Part shown: one piece after another, positions 1-9,439 of the stretch
Position numbering within the stretch: the stretch's first letter is position 1
Layout of the letters: each line of letters starts with the position of its first letter
DNA from: Candidatus Gottesmanbacteria bacterium
GTDB taxonomy: Bacteria; Patescibacteriota; Microgenomatia; UBA10105; UBA927
Direction: 5' to 3'
Length of the DNA: 64,000 nucleotides
Assembly: GCA_023245355.1 (NCBI GenBank)
Contig: JAHFKN010000001.1
Span: 203,528 to 267,527, forward strand
Translations under genes and position numbers: made by a program
The notes under the pieces: model-generated
Databases searched by the model: none
What the model saw: only the letters and a program-made list of their open reading frames with translations
What the model was told of the DNA's origin: nothing

Positions 1-171
1 AAAGCGATAAAAGGTGGAAGTCGTGTCGGACAGTTGGCGGTAGATCTCTTCGGTGGATCCGGCAGTACGTTGCTGGCAGCGCACAAATTAGGGCGTGTTT
101 GTTATCTTATGGAGCTTGACCCCAAATTCTGCGATTTGATCAGAAAACGGGCACAAAGGCTCAAAATCTGA
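1..171 (+). CDS. C-terminal end of phage DNA modification methylase (N4/N6 type), truncated by window edge
   Basis: Frame 1 reads ...VDLFGGSGSTLLAAHKLGRVCYLMELDPKFCDLIRKR; the FxGxG SAM motif lies near the C-terminus. TGA at 169-171. Confidence 0.85.
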   Translation, partial: KAIKGGSRVGQLAVDLFGGSGSTLLAAHKLGRVCYLMELDPKFCDLIRKRAQRLKI

Positions 172-257
172 GCTTACGCTCGAGTAATGGGCCCGCGTAA
201 TGCCCTGTGTGGGCAGATTCAGATCAAGGTGGACCAGTTACACCTAATAAAAAACAT

Positions 258-830
258 ATGGCAAAACATAAACCAAAAAAACTGCTAACACTAACTGTTG
301 AGAAGATGCCCGAAGAATCTGAGCAGCAATATGCCGCATGGCTTTTGTACTGCGAAGCTGGGAGTCAAAAGAAGACAATGGACTATTGGGATAAGGTTGG
401 GCAAACCTTGGGTGAAGTTGGTGTGGATTTCGTCCTTCGCCTGGGTAAAAAGCCAAGTCACACAACCATAGAAAATTGGTCAAAAAAATATCGTTGGCCA
501 GAGCGCCGGGACCTACGCCTTGAGGAAGAACTTGTTGAACTAAAGGACAAAGTTGATCGCTTTAGAAAGAAAAGGAAGTATCTGGTGACAGAGCTACTCA
601 TCCAATCTGTGGCTAAGGTGCAAAAACAACTCAAGCAAGCCCCTGTATCAATTCTAGAACTGAAATACTTGTGGGAAATGCATAGGACTGAGTACGACGA
701 ATCAACCGGCAAGACCGAAGTCTCCCACCGTATAGACGAGAGTGAGCAGGTACCACCCACTGACAAGGATCAGGAACTGGGCAGAGAGATAGATACAGCC
801 ATCAAAAAATATTATGACAAACAAAGATAG
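258..830 (+). CDS. Probable terminase small subunit
   Basis: Overlaps the large terminase start. HTH-like TIENWSKKYRWPER segment followed by coiled coil. ATG 258 preferred over GTG 207. Confidence 0.6.
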   Translation: MAKHKPKKLLTLTVEKMPEESEQQYAAWLLYCEAGSQKKTMDYWDKVGQTLGEVGVDFVLRLGKKPSHTTIENWSKKYRWPERRDLRLEEELVELKDKVDRFRKKRKYLVTELLIQSVAKVQKQLKQAPVSILELKYLWEMHRTEYDESTGKTEVSHRIDESEQVPPTDKDQELGREIDTAIKKYYDKQR

Positions 831-2361
831 AAGCAGTGTCTTACACTGGATACTAAACAACAAAATTAAGAATGAGAACGGCGAGCTTATCGAGTTCGAG
901 GACCACCGCTTCATGCTGGACATCTACGCAGACGAGGCGTCAGTACAGGTTATAAGGAAAGCATCCCAGGTTGGCGCCAGTACAATGGAGATCCTCAAGG
1001 TTATCCATGATTCACGCTTCTGGGGAATAAACCAGATCTATACCCTACCCACCGGGGATGACGTGCAGCAGTTCGTACAAAGCAAGGTAAACCGGATTAT
1101 AAACATCAATCCCTGCATGCTGGATGGTATCAACCCCAAGAGTGTCGACTCCATAGAGCAGAAGCAAATCGGTAAGGCTTTCACTTACTTTAAGGGCACG
1201 TTTACCGAGCGTGAGGCCATCATGCTCTCTTCTGACCGTAACATCCATGATGAGTTGGATAAATCCAAGCCTGAGGTGGTACGCGACTACACCTCGCGTA
1301 TGGGCTATTCCAAAATAAGAAGTCAGCACTTTTTCTCAACGCCAACCATTCCTGATTTTGGAGTGGATAAAATCTTTGAGCAGTCAGACCAGAAATACTG
1401 GCGCTTTAATTGCCCAAGGTGTCAGTACAGACAGCACATGGAGTGGGAGAAAAATGTTGATGAAATCCGGGGCATTTATATCTGCCAGAACTGTAAAAAG
1501 GAAATAATCCCCAAGGAAATCAATGATGGTGGCAGTTGGGAAGCCAAGTACCCTGGTAGACCAATCTCAGGCTACTGGATAAGCCAGCTCCACTGCCCTT
1601 GGAAGACAGCAGCCGATCTAATCAAAGAGAAATCAGATGCTGATGATGACACCTATTTTTATAACTTCGTCCTAGGCCTACCATACCTAGCTGCAGACCA
1701 GAAGATACCAGCCAGCTTATTTCTACGTAATGCTGTGGATAAAGAGGTGGATAACTTCGATGAATATAACGTCATGGGCATAGATACCGGCAAAGGGACT
1801 GGTAAGGGCAACCATGCCATCATAGGCAACCAGAAGGGCATCTTTTGGGTGGGAATCCTGCAAGACCACGAAGGCAATGACCGTTGGCAGCAAGCAGCCG
1901 AGCTAATCACCTTCTTCAACGTCAGGGTGGTCGTCATTGATGGCCAGCCTTATACCGAGGAGGCCTTCCTCTTAGCCAAGCAATTCCCTTATAGGGTGTA
2001 TTTATCATGGTTTAAGGATGACCCCAAGATGCTAGAGGTAATCCGCTTCTTTGACGAGAAGGAAAATAAGGATGCTGAATTTGAGGATGAGGTGAAGGTG
2101 TACTCCTCCCGCACCCGGATCATGGATGACACCATCTCTGCCCTGCGCCGGGGAGACATTAAGTTTGCCATGCCCTCTGACAGCCCTACCTTCAAGCTGC
2201 TTATCACCCATGCCCAAACCATGTACGCCAGAACGGTAACAGACAAACTGGGTCAGGCAAAGCGAGAGTGGGCCAACACTGGTCCAAATGATTTCTGGTT
2301 AGCACTTATTTATTGGCACATTGCCCTACGCAAACGACTTAAATATGAACCAAACAAATAA
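814..2361 (+). CDS. Terminase large subunit (GpA-like)
   Basis: RKASQVGAST Walker-A-like motif, HDELD Walker B, STPT, CxxC...CxxC, GIDTG nuclease motif, late PNDFW Asp. Confidence 0.88.
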   Translation: MTNKDRSSVLHWILNNKIKNENGELIEFEDHRFMLDIYADEASVQVIRKASQVGASTMEILKVIHDSRFWGINQIYTLPTGDDVQQFVQSKVNRIININPCMLDGINPKSVDSIEQKQIGKAFTYFKGTFTEREAIMLSSDRNIHDELDKSKPEVVRDYTSRMGYSKIRSQHFFSTPTIPDFGVDKIFEQSDQKYWRFNCPRCQYRQHMEWEKNVDEIRGIYICQNCKKEIIPKEINDGGSWEAKYPGRPISGYWISQLHCPWKTAADLIKEKSDADDDTYFYNFVLGLPYLAADQKIPASLFLRNAVDKEVDNFDEYNVMGIDTGKGTGKGNHAIIGNQKGIFWVGILQDHEGNDRWQQAAELITFFNVRVVVIDGQPYTEEAFLLAKQFPYRVYLSWFKDDPKMLEVIRFFDEKENKDAEFEDEVKVYSSRTRIMDDTISALRRGDIKFAMPSDSPTFKLLITHAQTMYARTVTDKLGQAKREWANTGPNDFWLALIYWHIALRKRLKYEPNK

Positions 2362-2569
2362 CCCACCCAAAGTAATAACGGTCCCAGTGACAGAAGCAGA
2401 AGCCAAGATCTTGGCAGACATCCGCCGGGTGAAGTACGGACGAGTGGACGTTTATATCCAGGATGGCAAACCCTACCGTAAAGAAATCGTGGAGCAAGAG
2501 CGTATCACCCCAGAAGAAGGTGGCAGTGCGGGACAGTTCCCCCGCAAACAAGCTGGTATAGAGATTTAA
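2345..2569 (+). CDS. Small DUF2292/YezD-like protein
   Basis: ILADIRRVKYGRVDVYIQDGKPYRKEIVEQERI fits the I..I..i.YG.V.i.IQDG....iE..Ek.r pattern recalled for DUF2292. Confidence 0.65.
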   Translation: MNQTNNPPKVITVPVTEAEAKILADIRRVKYGRVDVYIQDGKPYRKEIVEQERITPEEGGSAGQFPRKQAGIEI

Positions 2570-2636
2570 TTACTCTCCTGACATAGGGATAAATTCACAA
2601 AACCCCAGCAATTCTTATATACTTAGAGCAGGAAAA

Positions 2637-2663
2637 TGTTACTTTTCCCTAACTCGACCGTTT
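2637..2663 (+). promoter_or_regulatory. Putative ECF-type autoregulatory promoter TGTTAC-N16-CGTTT
   Basis: Sits directly upstream of the ECF sigma gene and resembles the AAC/CGT ECF promoter consensus. Confidence 0.5.
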
Positions 2664-2699
2664 ACTTTAATAGAAGCGGTGGAGAATGGATTTATTAGT

Positions 2700-3203
2700 A
2701 TGACGAAACCACCGTTTGAAGAGGTAGTTAAAAACTATATAAAACTAGTTTATTTCTTTGCCAAGAAATCCTTGTCTGATCAGGCAGACGTAGATGACAT
2801 GGTACAAGAAACCTTTTTGAAGGCTATGAAAACATACGATAAATTTAACTTTAAGAGTGAGGGTGAGTTGAAAAGCTGGTTATTAACCATTTGTCGCCAC
2901 CTGATCATCGATCAATTCCGCTCCCGCAAGCATACCGTGACCATGGATGACGAAAAAATGGATCTGTTTGGCAATGGTGAAACAGAAGAACTGCTGGAAG
3001 CCCAAATTGATAAAGAAGATAGCGTAAAGAAAATACAGAAGGCACTCGCCTTGTTAAAACCCACGGAAAAACAAATAATGAATCTGCGTGTATGTGAAGA
3101 GATGGAATTTAAAGAGATCGCCATTGCCCTATGTTCCAAAGAGGCTGCCGTTAAAATGCGATTTTATCGTGCATTAATTAAGCTCAAAGAATCACTGATA
3201 TGA
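2700..3203 (+). CDS. ECF (sigma-70 group 4) RNA polymerase sigma factor
   Basis: DDMVQETFLKA and KSWLLTICRHLIID (region 2); MEFKEIAIAL...AVKMRFYRALIKLK (region 4). Confidence 0.92.
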   Translation: MTKPPFEEVVKNYIKLVYFFAKKSLSDQADVDDMVQETFLKAMKTYDKFNFKSEGELKSWLLTICRHLIIDQFRSRKHTVTMDDEKMDLFGNGETEELLEAQIDKEDSVKKIQKALALLKPTEKQIMNLRVCEEMEFKEIAIALCSKEAAVKMRFYRALIKLKESLI

Positions 3204-4108
3204 AATTCAAAAGTATTATCAAACAAGCATTCGAGAAAGAGGAGCTAAAAGAAGCCAGACACATCGATGATCTGGAGAGCCAAATATTGATGAAGGTCCG
3301 GGCGGAGAAGACAGAAGAAGCAGAACTCAAAAGGTATTTTAGGCCAATAGAATCCTTTTGGAACTTTAAAATTCCGTATGCATTTGCCGTAGCTGTGTTG
3401 GCGGTTATATTCATTACCTTCACCACATCATCTGTTTTGGCAAAGGGTTCGGTCATGGAAATGCTGATAAACCTGAGGAACGCCCTACAACAGGAGCTGT
3501 CGCAGCTATTGAACACTGACCCAACTTATAGAGATAAAGGAACCCAGAAATACCAGCAAGCCCAAAAGGAATGGTGCTTGGTCAGCGCACGACCGGCAGA
3601 GGCGCGTGAGCAGGCGGTAGAAGCCGTAAGGGACTTCTTAGACCGGCCTGATGCCAATGTGGAGTATGAGTGTGTGCGAAACCCAAGCAATAACACGAAC
3701 GAGCAACCACAGACCGAAAGTTATATCGTCGACTTTGACCGCTTTACTATTGATACTCAAACCAATCAAATTACAGAGATGGCACCGACCGGCGGGAGAT
3801 GGGGAGAGAATAAAGACGGTACACGCTGGTTTAGTCCACAGAAGGAATACGACTACACCGCACGATATAGCCAGACTGAGGCAGAACAATTAGCCAGAAC
3901 CTTTATAGCTGACCATGAGAAGGCGTTGGGAAAGATTGATCTAAGCAAACTTACCCTAGAGAGTGGAAAGAAAGACGATGGATCCGGCAAAGTAAACTAC
4001 TTTTTCATCTGGAAAACTGATGGACAGGGTGAGGACATACCCCAGTTAAATATCTCTTATACCCAGGGTGGGCAACTCATCTCCTTCTTGAACGAATTGA
4101 TACACTGA
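3200..4108 (+). CDS. Putative anti-sigma factor (cytoplasmic N-terminus, one TM helix, extracellular domain)
   Basis: ATGA overlap with the sigma gene; TM segment YAFAVAVLAVIFITF. Confidence 0.65.
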   Translation: MKFKSIIKQAFEKEELKEARHIDDLESQILMKVRAEKTEEAELKRYFRPIESFWNFKIPYAFAVAVLAVIFITFTTSSVLAKGSVMEMLINLRNALQQELSQLLNTDPTYRDKGTQKYQQAQKEWCLVSARPAEAREQAVEAVRDFLDRPDANVEYECVRNPSNNTNEQPQTESYIVDFDRFTIDTQTNQITEMAPTGGRWGENKDGTRWFSPQKEYDYTARYSQTEAEQLARTFIADHEKALGKIDLSKLTLESGKKDDGSGKVNYFFIWKTDGQGEDIPQLNISYTQGGQLISFLNELIH

Positions 4109-4359
4109 TCCTGATTTTCTTCAGTAATCACCACTAACAAACAGCACTTGACATTCTCAAACTAATTTGTAATAGTTGATGTATGAGAAGTAAGAATAGT
4201 AAGTATTTACTTATACTACACACGCTTCGTTATCTCTTCCATAAGACATCCAGTGATTGTTCCCAAAACTCCCTTCCTTTGACAACCCAGGTTATTAGTA
4301 ATAACTGGGTTTATTTATAAATTAGTGCTTATAGAAAGGAGGTGAAAAATAAAAAAGCT

Positions 4360-5145
4360 ATGAAGTATCCAAAAAGAATGTTAGTAATTCTTCCCCTACT
4401 TGCTGTCTCCGCTTTTGTCGGCTTCGGTCTCGCAAAGACTGATACCGTCGGCGCACAGCAAGACCCAAAACAGGCGAGGATAGAAACTCTGCAAAAGAAG
4501 TACCTAGACGCAGTCGAAAATGCTAAGACAAATGGTGAGTTCACCACGAACCAATTCGGCGAGAAAGTCTACGCTGGTAAAACAGCTGACGACCTAAAGA
4601 GTCTAGAGAAAGAGGTTGGTACTGAGATACGAGAACTGACAGCGCGTCCCGCTGCGGATAGAGCCAAGGCCGTTGAAGCCGTCAATGGATGGAATGATAA
4701 ATTCCTCTATACGATAGATAATCAGCCAAAGCAAACTCTCCAATATGCTGGTCGGTCAGGACAAGTTCAAGGCAGCAAACTCATTGGCGCAGAGCGGTAC
4801 TTTTCGGAAGACTATCAATTCACAATCGACCCGCAAACCAACAAAATCGTTGAGATGTATCTACGTCCCAAAGAAGTTGGCGAACCGGCAGCGTTCGAAG
4901 ACATGACCCCACGCTTTACCGAAGCTCAGTTAGAGCAAAAAGCCCGACAATTGATCGAGGCACAAAACTTAGGCGTGAATCTAAGCTCTTTGAAGTTCGA
5001 GAAAAACCATAAGGTAGGAACCTTTTTCTACACATGGGAAGGTGAAAAGATAGCAGACGGAGTACAACCCTCGCTTTACGTGGCATTCACGCAAGGTGGG
5101 CAACTGATCGGCTACATCAACGCAGGCTTTTTTGACAAACTATGA
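4360..5145 (+). CDS. Secreted protein paralogous to the anti-sigma ectodomain
   Basis: Signal peptide and AGGAGGTGA SD. Shares ARPA..R..AVEAV, FTID.QTN.I.EM and TQGGQLI with 3200..4108. Confidence 0.75.
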   Translation: MKYPKRMLVILPLLAVSAFVGFGLAKTDTVGAQQDPKQARIETLQKKYLDAVENAKTNGEFTTNQFGEKVYAGKTADDLKSLEKEVGTEIRELTARPAADRAKAVEAVNGWNDKFLYTIDNQPKQTLQYAGRSGQVQGSKLIGAERYFSEDYQFTIDPQTNKIVEMYLRPKEVGEPAAFEDMTPRFTEAQLEQKARQLIEAQNLGVNLSSLKFEKNHKVGTFFYTWEGEKIADGVQPSLYVAFTQGGQLIGYINAGFFDKL

Positions 5146-5765
5146 AAAACATATTTTCAAAAATCTTAATAGCATTGGCGGTGATAGCGGTCATGGGCTT
5201 TACCAGCGTGAGTAGTGCATTGGCCTTTGGCGATGCATCTATTTACTGCACGGGTGGTGGCTACTTTGACAAATTCGGCCCCAGCCAATACTGGTCCGAA
5301 TTTACGAGTATGGGATGGTGTAACGCCCCAGCTGGCAACAACTGGTGCGAGAATGGACAATGTGCCCAAAACTCACCCTACAATACTGTGACTCGCAGTA
5401 TGTGGAGAACCTACTCAGGGAGTCAACAGAGTAACTACGCCCGTTGGAATATGGGTAACGATGGTGGTTATTGGTACTGGTTTGCCTTTATACCAAGTAA
5501 CTATGCGACCACCTCGAGGGCGCCGTATACGATTACCTACGCGGGTGGGAGCCAATACAACTTCACTGTTAACCAGAATGCTTATTCAAACATCTGGGTA
5601 ACTCCTGGTTCACGAACTGAGAATTTCACTCAGATCATGAATACATGGTTATCTGATGCGACGAGCGAAAGCCCGTCTCAGCAAATTGGTTTTGATGAGG
5701 TTCAGAAATGTTCTGAAGCAAGTCAATACAGTGCTTATTGTCCAGGCAACCATACCAGAAGGTAA
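5142..5765 (+). CDS. Secreted Cys/aromatic-rich protein with golvesin/carbohydrate-binding-like beta-sandwich domain
   Basis: Signal peptide ending SALA; ARW...G.WYWFAFIP..ATT..APYTI...VNQ....W...LSD...IGFDEV pattern. Confidence 0.55.
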   Translation: MKNIFSKILIALAVIAVMGFTSVSSALAFGDASIYCTGGGYFDKFGPSQYWSEFTSMGWCNAPAGNNWCENGQCAQNSPYNTVTRSMWRTYSGSQQSNYARWNMGNDGGYWYWFAFIPSNYATTSRAPYTITYAGGSQYNFTVNQNAYSNIWVTPGSRTENFTQIMNTWLSDATSESPSQQIGFDEVQKCSEASQYSAYCPGNHTRR

Positions 5766-5772
5766 TGGAGGA

Positions 5773-5808
5773 AGGTCAGGGCCAGCCCGTCAAAAGGCTG
5801 GCCTGACC
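5773..5808 (+). terminator. GC-rich hairpin after the secreted-protein pair (no clear U tract)
   Basis: GGTCAGGGCCAGCC...GGCTGGCCTGACC inverted repeat. Confidence 0.4.
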
Positions 5809-5848
5809 CAGCAGAGAAAGAATATTTAAACTAAAATAAAAATGCAAT

Positions 5849-6391
5849 ATGAGAAATAAAAAGATAAACATCAAGGAAATAATCCTGATCGCTATTGCCT
5901 GCCTGGTAGTGACAACTGGCTCATATGCGATCTTTACCCATAAAGACAGTAGATTTGAGGCGGTAGACTTGGCCAACAGAACCGAGGATAAAGGAGTAGA
6001 AGATTACTTTGTCGAGAAACTTGGTATGAACGGCGAAGAAGCCAAGAAGTTTGCCGATCAAGGGGTGTCGTTTTATATCACTGGCACTACCAACCTGGAT
6101 GCTATTATCAGCAATCTCCATTACTATGGCCTGATTAAGGACGAGAAGGCCTTCAGAGAGGCATTGGCAAAAACTAAAGACACGCTGCCCGGTAATGAGA
6201 ATGCAATTAAAATAGGTAACAACACTATTGATATTCACGCTTACTATGGCCTGAAGAAGGGGCTCACCGCCTGGCAAGTAGCAGATGTACTACTTAATCA
6301 CCCGGTTTATTTGAAGGGTGAGGAATATAATTACATGTTTATGCCCGGAGAGTACTATGGTGATGCTGCCCAGAACACACCAGCACGATGA
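5849..6391 (+). CDS. Membrane-anchored protein resembling the N-terminal (non-catalytic) part of MltG/YceG
   Basis: NLHYYGLIKDEKAF...YYGLKKGLTAWQVADVL aligns by eye with host MltG DLFSKHLIRNQHAF...GYRLNRSMSAWALVKKL. Confidence 0.5.
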   Translation: MRNKKINIKEIILIAIACLVVTTGSYAIFTHKDSRFEAVDLANRTEDKGVEDYFVEKLGMNGEEAKKFADQGVSFYITGTTNLDAIISNLHYYGLIKDEKAFREALAKTKDTLPGNENAIKIGNNTIDIHAYYGLKKGLTAWQVADVLLNHPVYLKGEEYNYMFMPGEYYGDAAQNTPAR

Positions 6392-6416
6392 TAGTAAAAT
6401 TTAGTAGAATACGCTT

Positions 6417-6986
6417 ATGAAGTTAAAAACATTTTTAGTCTGTATCGCAACAATTATTGCCTTAGGTTTTATCATTAAAAACTTCACTGGCAATAACTCA
6501 AAGCAGTCACCCTCCCCTGCGCCTGCTGAGGTAACCAAAACCACACCTGATGCTGTACTGAAACCAGGTAGATCTCTCAAACCAAACGAGGAGTTTATAT
6601 CACCCTTCGGTTTATATGTAACTGTCCCCAAAGATATGACCTTCAGAAAAGAAGTAGCTGACGATGAAGGTATTATTCGTACAGTTGGGTTTTATATCGA
6701 AAACAGCAGTAAAGATAATCCCTATATGCTGTACGGATTATACGAAGCCAAAAATGTCGCCATTGATCAAACCATGGCAAGTGCCAAAAAAGATATGGTC
6801 GCCTCGACAATTAAAGACATAACAATCGGCGGGTATAAAGGTGTCGAAGGATTAATAACCGGCGACAAAACCAGATATATGGCAGTCATCGTCAAAGACG
6901 GCAAAAAGATCACCTTCTCGACTATTCCACCAACCGAAAGCAATAAAGTCATCACTGATCAGCTCCTCTCCACCTTCAGTTTTTAA
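6417..6986 (+). CDS. Secreted/anchored PsbP-like protein
   Basis: N-terminal TM; FGLYVTVPKD, ITIGGYKG and C-terminal DQLLSTFSF are typical of the PsbP-like fold. Confidence 0.55.
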   Translation: MKLKTFLVCIATIIALGFIIKNFTGNNSKQSPSPAPAEVTKTTPDAVLKPGRSLKPNEEFISPFGLYVTVPKDMTFRKEVADDEGIIRTVGFYIENSSKDNPYMLYGLYEAKNVAIDQTMASAKKDMVASTIKDITIGGYKGVEGLITGDKTRYMAVIVKDGKKITFSTIPPTESNKVITDQLLSTFSF

Positions 6987-7008
6987 ATAACTTCTGACAG
7001 AAACGTTC

Positions 7009-7038
7009 TTGAAACAGACAATCTTCCCTTTGTAATAT
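7009..7038 (+). promoter_or_regulatory. Putative phage promoter 1, TTGAAA-N18-TAATAT
   Basis: Same geometry as promoter 2 at 14338; lies 12 nt upstream of the conserved leader. Confidence 0.55.
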
Positions 7039-7050
7039 TGAAGCATAACT

Positions 7051-7124
7051 AGTTAGCCTAACGAATCAGTCGGGGCTTAGATTTATTTATTCGTAAAGAA
7101 TAGATGAACCTAAGCCCCTTTTTT
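7051..7124 (+). ncRNA. Phage leader RNA copy 1: bulged hairpin overlapping a long intrinsic terminator
   Basis: AGTTAGCCTAACGAATCAGTCGGGGCT, then stem GGGGCTTAG-A-TTTATTTATTC / GAATAGATGAA-C-CTAAGCCCC followed by T6. Confidence 0.75.
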
Positions 7125-7133
7125 GTTATCTCT

Positions 7134-8978
7134 ATGCCAGAAGTCATTGAAGAAAAAATATCAACCGAAAAAAACTACCAGCCTACCCCTGAAGAAGAAA
7201 AACTACTCATAAAATGGAAGGCCAGATTTAAACGTGCTAAAGAATTCCGTGAACCTTACCAAGCCAAGTGGTTGCGGATGTACCAACTCTACCGTGCCTA
7301 TCAACACAAGCAGAACTACGCTTATAACACCCGGCTGATGCCGCCGATCGCTTTTGAGATTGTTAAAACAGTGGTCTCTCGGTTGGCCACCGCTAAGCGC
7401 AAGACCACTATTATTCCCAGACACCAAGAGGATGTGAATTCAAAGGCATTAGGATCTTGGGGAAATCTGGTCAACTACGACTTTGACATTATTGATCTGA
7501 TCAAACGATTGCCTAACTGGATCGAATCTTCCGTTCTTTATGGAAACGGTATCGTTAAGCTTGCCTGGAAAGTCCTGAGTCGAAACGGCAAGGTAGTCTA
7601 TGACGATCCAACCATGGGACTTATTGACCTATGGGAACTGCTCCCAGCTCCAGAGACTGCAGATGACCTCCAGGATGGTTGCCCGTGGCTGATTCATCGT
7701 ATCGTTAAGCGGAAGGAAAAGATTGAAAAAGAAGAAACTGCCCGAGGTGAAAATAATATTTATAAGAACCTGGAGTTTTGTGAGCCGAAAATTGTTGAGG
7801 ATTGGAAAAAGGAACGGTATGAAATAAACGGTAAGAAAATGTCTCAGGTGGATGCCGGTACCAAGAAAGATGGTGGCGATGAGAAAATTGTCCCGGCCAA
7901 GTCAGACACCGAAAAACAACTAGAACTGTGGGAGTGTTGGGACTATGAAGAAGATAAACTGGTCGTTATTTGTAATGGCGAAATTCTTATTAGGGATGAC
8001 GAGAACCCATATCTGGGAGTAAACAACGGTCACATCTATGTTGACCTACCCGACATGCCACTCCTCTGGGAATTCTGGGCCACTGGCCATATCGAACCCG
8101 TCGAGACGACCATTCATGAAGTTGCTGACCTTAGAAACCAACGAATGGATGATGTGGTCTTAATGCTCGATCCTGTCGTTAAAATTCGTAAGGATTCCGG
8201 TATAACTAAAAACGATATCATCTTCTCTCCCGGCGCGACCTGGGAACTGAGAAAAATGGATGATGTGGTTATCGAAAGGCCACCAGAAATAAGCTTGATG
8301 GGAGTAAATGAAGATAAAATTATGCGAGATGAGATCTCCCGAACTCTGGCGCTTGGTGAATATATGCAAGGACAACCTCAGTCCCCCAATGAGCCGCTCG
8401 GGAAAGTGGCGGTGCTACTTGGTCAGAGTAACCTCCGATTAAGTATGAACGCCCAAAACATCGCGGTAGCACTAACCACAGTGGCCAATATCTTAATTCA
8501 ACTGAACCAGGAGTTTATAACGGAAGACAAATTATACCGGTTGGTAGGGAAAGAAGTCGACTTCAATGAGTTTAAAAAGGATGACAAAAAAGTGGTTGTG
8601 GACGCCATTGTTGAGGTGGAGCCGATTATACCTCCGGATAAAACCACGAGACTAAATCAAGTCCTTCTGATGTACGACAAGTTTATCGCCCAGGATAAGC
8701 CGGATCCGAACAATCCAGGGGAAGTAACACGCTGGTTGAAGCGTAAGCGCGAGCTTCAGAAGATGATTCTGGAAGAGCTGGATAAAGAGGAATATATAGA
8801 TGTGTTGCTGGGTCCGGAAGCAGAAGCTATGGCTCCACCTCAAACTAATAACGCACAAGCCCCCGTAACGCCAGCTGAGGGCCAAACTACACCAACAGAG
8901 CCAACTACAGCAGGTCCAAACAAAATTCAGCAGCTTATGGGAAAAATTCCAATTTTAGGGAAAATGCTGGGTGGTTAA
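7134..8978 (+). CDS. Portal protein (P22/podovirus-like)
   Basis: About 615 aa, downstream of terminase; W..MY.LYR, LYGNGIVKLAW, DENPY, LRNQRMDDV motifs. ATG 7134 follows the leader terminator. Confidence 0.85.
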   Translation: MPEVIEEKISTEKNYQPTPEEEKLLIKWKARFKRAKEFREPYQAKWLRMYQLYRAYQHKQNYAYNTRLMPPIAFEIVKTVVSRLATAKRKTTIIPRHQEDVNSKALGSWGNLVNYDFDIIDLIKRLPNWIESSVLYGNGIVKLAWKVLSRNGKVVYDDPTMGLIDLWELLPAPETADDLQDGCPWLIHRIVKRKEKIEKEETARGENNIYKNLEFCEPKIVEDWKKERYEINGKKMSQVDAGTKKDGGDEKIVPAKSDTEKQLELWECWDYEEDKLVVICNGEILIRDDENPYLGVNNGHIYVDLPDMPLLWEFWATGHIEPVETTIHEVADLRNQRMDDVVLMLDPVVKIRKDSGITKNDIIFSPGATWELRKMDDVVIERPPEISLMGVNEDKIMRDEISRTLALGEYMQGQPQSPNEPLGKVAVLLGQSNLRLSMNAQNIAVALTTVANILIQLNQEFITEDKLYRLVGKEVDFNEFKKDDKKVVVDAIVEVEPIIPPDKTTRLNQVLLMYDKFIAQDKPDPNNPGEVTRWLKRKRELQKMILEELDKEEYIDVLLGPEAEAMAPPQTNNAQAPVTPAEGQTTPTEPTTAGPNKIQQLMGKIPILGKMLGG

Positions 8979-8983
8979 AATGA

Positions 8984-9373
8984 TCAGATGCTTTCTTGAT
9001 TGTGTGAAGCCAATTTAGAATCCTTAACGTTCCCAGTATTTAACGTACCTTTGGGCTCAATAAGAACTATGTGGACTTCTTCTTTTGCCTCGGGCTTGTG
9101 CTCGATTGGGTGGGGAATAATCACAAATTCACCCTCGTTTACTTGAACATCTTTATCTCGGAAATGAATTGTTAGTTGTCCCTTGATTACAAGAAATAAC
9201 TCATCTTCATTGTCGTGATGGTGCCAAACAAACTCTCCCTTGAGCTTTACAACTTGAACCTTATGGTTATTTAATTCACCGACGATCTTTGGATTCCAAT
9301 ACTCACTAAACAACGAGAGTTTATCTGCAATATTTACAACTTTCACGGAATAAGAGGTATTTTTCATAATCAT
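8984..9373 (-). CDS. Cupin domain protein
   Basis: WNPKIVGELN...GEFVWHHHDNEDELFLV...IEHKP. Confidence 0.88.
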   Translation of the reverse strand: MIMKNTSYSVKVVNIADKLSLFSEYWNPKIVGELNNHKVQVVKLKGEFVWHHHDNEDELFLVIKGQLTIHFRDKDVQVNEGEFVIIPHPIEHKPEAKEEVHIVLIEPKGTLNTGNVKDSKLASHNQESI

Positions 9374-9439
9374 GAATATTGTAACAATTTTCTACATGAT
9401 TTGCTAGACTATATCAGTTGTAAGCAGTAACATAAGAAC

